Part shown: piece after piece, positions 63,347-64,000 of the stretch
How positions within the stretch are numbered: position 1 is the first letter of the stretch
How the letters are laid out: each line of letters starts with the position of its first letter
Virus record (IMG/VR): IMGVR_UViG_3300037418_003060
Span: 27,169 to 91,168 of that record
DNA length: 64,000 bases
Source of the DNA: a virus
Reading direction: 5' to 3' (one strand)
The notes under the pieces: generated by a model
Database searches by the model: none
What the model was told of the DNA's origin: nothing
Seen by the model: the letters and a program-made list of their open reading frames with translations, nothing else
Translations under genes and position numbers: made by a program

Positions 63347-64000
63347 TACGGCATGCCCGGACACAACGATCCGGGCTGAGCCGCGACGGCGCAAACTGGC
63401 GCGCACCACGCTAAGGCAGCTGGGCGCAAGAGGGCGCGCACGCAACCATTCTTTCCACAATTCGGCTCCCGATAACGCACGGCGCGCGAGGCATGCGCGG
63501 CGGCGCGATCCACTGGCGCACGCATCGGTAACGGTGCGGCGCCGCTGGCGAGCGCACGCTGCCCATGTGCATGGGCGATGCACACGGCGACACTCGGGGC
63601 GTGACAGTAACAGCAGCAAACAGGAACAGTAGCAGGTCCGGTAGATGAACGATGATATCGGCCTGTCCGGCACAGAGGGAACAACGGCGCGGCCAGCACG
63701 GCGCGCACGTACAGCAGAGGGGCAGTGAAACGGCCCCGTGGCGCAGCGCAAGCCAGCGTAACTGCCAAGTCTCCAGATCGCTACCACGAGCTAAAGCGGC
63801 CACACCGCACCGACAGATAACGCTATCCACCTTCTACCCAGTACGTTTGCTGATCCGCACCGCCACCGCTACAGGTGGCGGTGCGCGCCTGGCCCGTTGT
63901 GAATCACGGATTCAAGAACGAGCACCACCCGCGCGAGTGATGCGGGCCAGGCTCCAAGCGCGCTGCCTTCGACGCGTGTATCGGAGGGGTCTTACCCGGC
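63347..64000 (+). ncRNA. Candidate structured non-coding RNA
   Basis: No ORF with an RBS or codon bias; several perfect stems (63355-63376, 63561-63576, 63856-63885, 63887-63952). Confidence 0.35.

Larger units (their letters stand above)
1..64000. mobile_element. Tailed dsDNA bacteriophage (siphovirus-like), near-complete genome
   Basis: Terminase, portal, protease, capsid, tail tube, tape measure and lysis genes on the - strand; replication and nucleotide-metabolism genes on the + strand; no host housekeeping genes. Confidence 0.97.

Noticed and set aside
63565-63728. Two 27-aa ORFs in the terminal non-coding region
   Set aside because: No RBS, and codon usage unlike the phage genes.
1-64000. 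tRNA, rRNA, integrase, reverse transcriptase/DGR
   Set aside because: No cloverleaf, recombinase or RT motifs, and no TR/VR pair were seen by eye; a tRNAscan/HMM run would be needed to exclude them fully.

Overview
The whole window is a near-complete genome of a GC-rich (about 65% GC by eye) long-tailed siphovirus-type dsDNA phage of a Gram-negative host, apparently lytic: no integrase, CI-type repressor or partition genes are seen. There are two opposed transcription blocks. The + strand (1-29.2 kb, restarting at 62.6 kb) carries early and DNA-metabolism genes: many small ORFs, a gp88/radical-SAM-like Cys-rich protein, a Zn deaminase, a C5 cytosine methyltransferase, RdgC, an SNF2 helicase, an AEP primase-helicase, a putative SSB, a DEDDh exonuclease, MazG, a dNMP kinase, a family-A DNA polymerase, an ATP-dependent ligase, ThyA, a resolvase, and SbcD/SbcC. 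The - strand (62.2 kb to 29.3 kb) carries late genes: an HTH protein, TerS, a gpA-like TerL, portal, S49 protease with nested scaffold, decoration, major capsid, neck, tail tube, frameshifted tail chaperones, a 2204-aa tape measure, tail tip and fibres, and a lysis cassette with an embedded Rz1. The divergent gap at 62.2-62.6 kb is the likely packaging/end region. The most unusual signals are (i) consensus sigma54-type TGGCACG-N4-TTGC boxes (a GCA-N7-TGC dyad) lying in reverse orientation inside sigma70-like late promoters; (ii) a roughly 19%-GC island of overlapping 15-bp palindromes with a 36-bp period in the late operon; (iii) about 700 bp of hairpin-rich sequence without a credible ORF, containing an (ARN)5-C-(ARN)5 tract; (iv) a paralogous copy of a neck-gene domain; and (v) a DUF4214-like module and WW repeats in the tape measure. 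All calls are by eye, from motifs and synteny; no searches were run.
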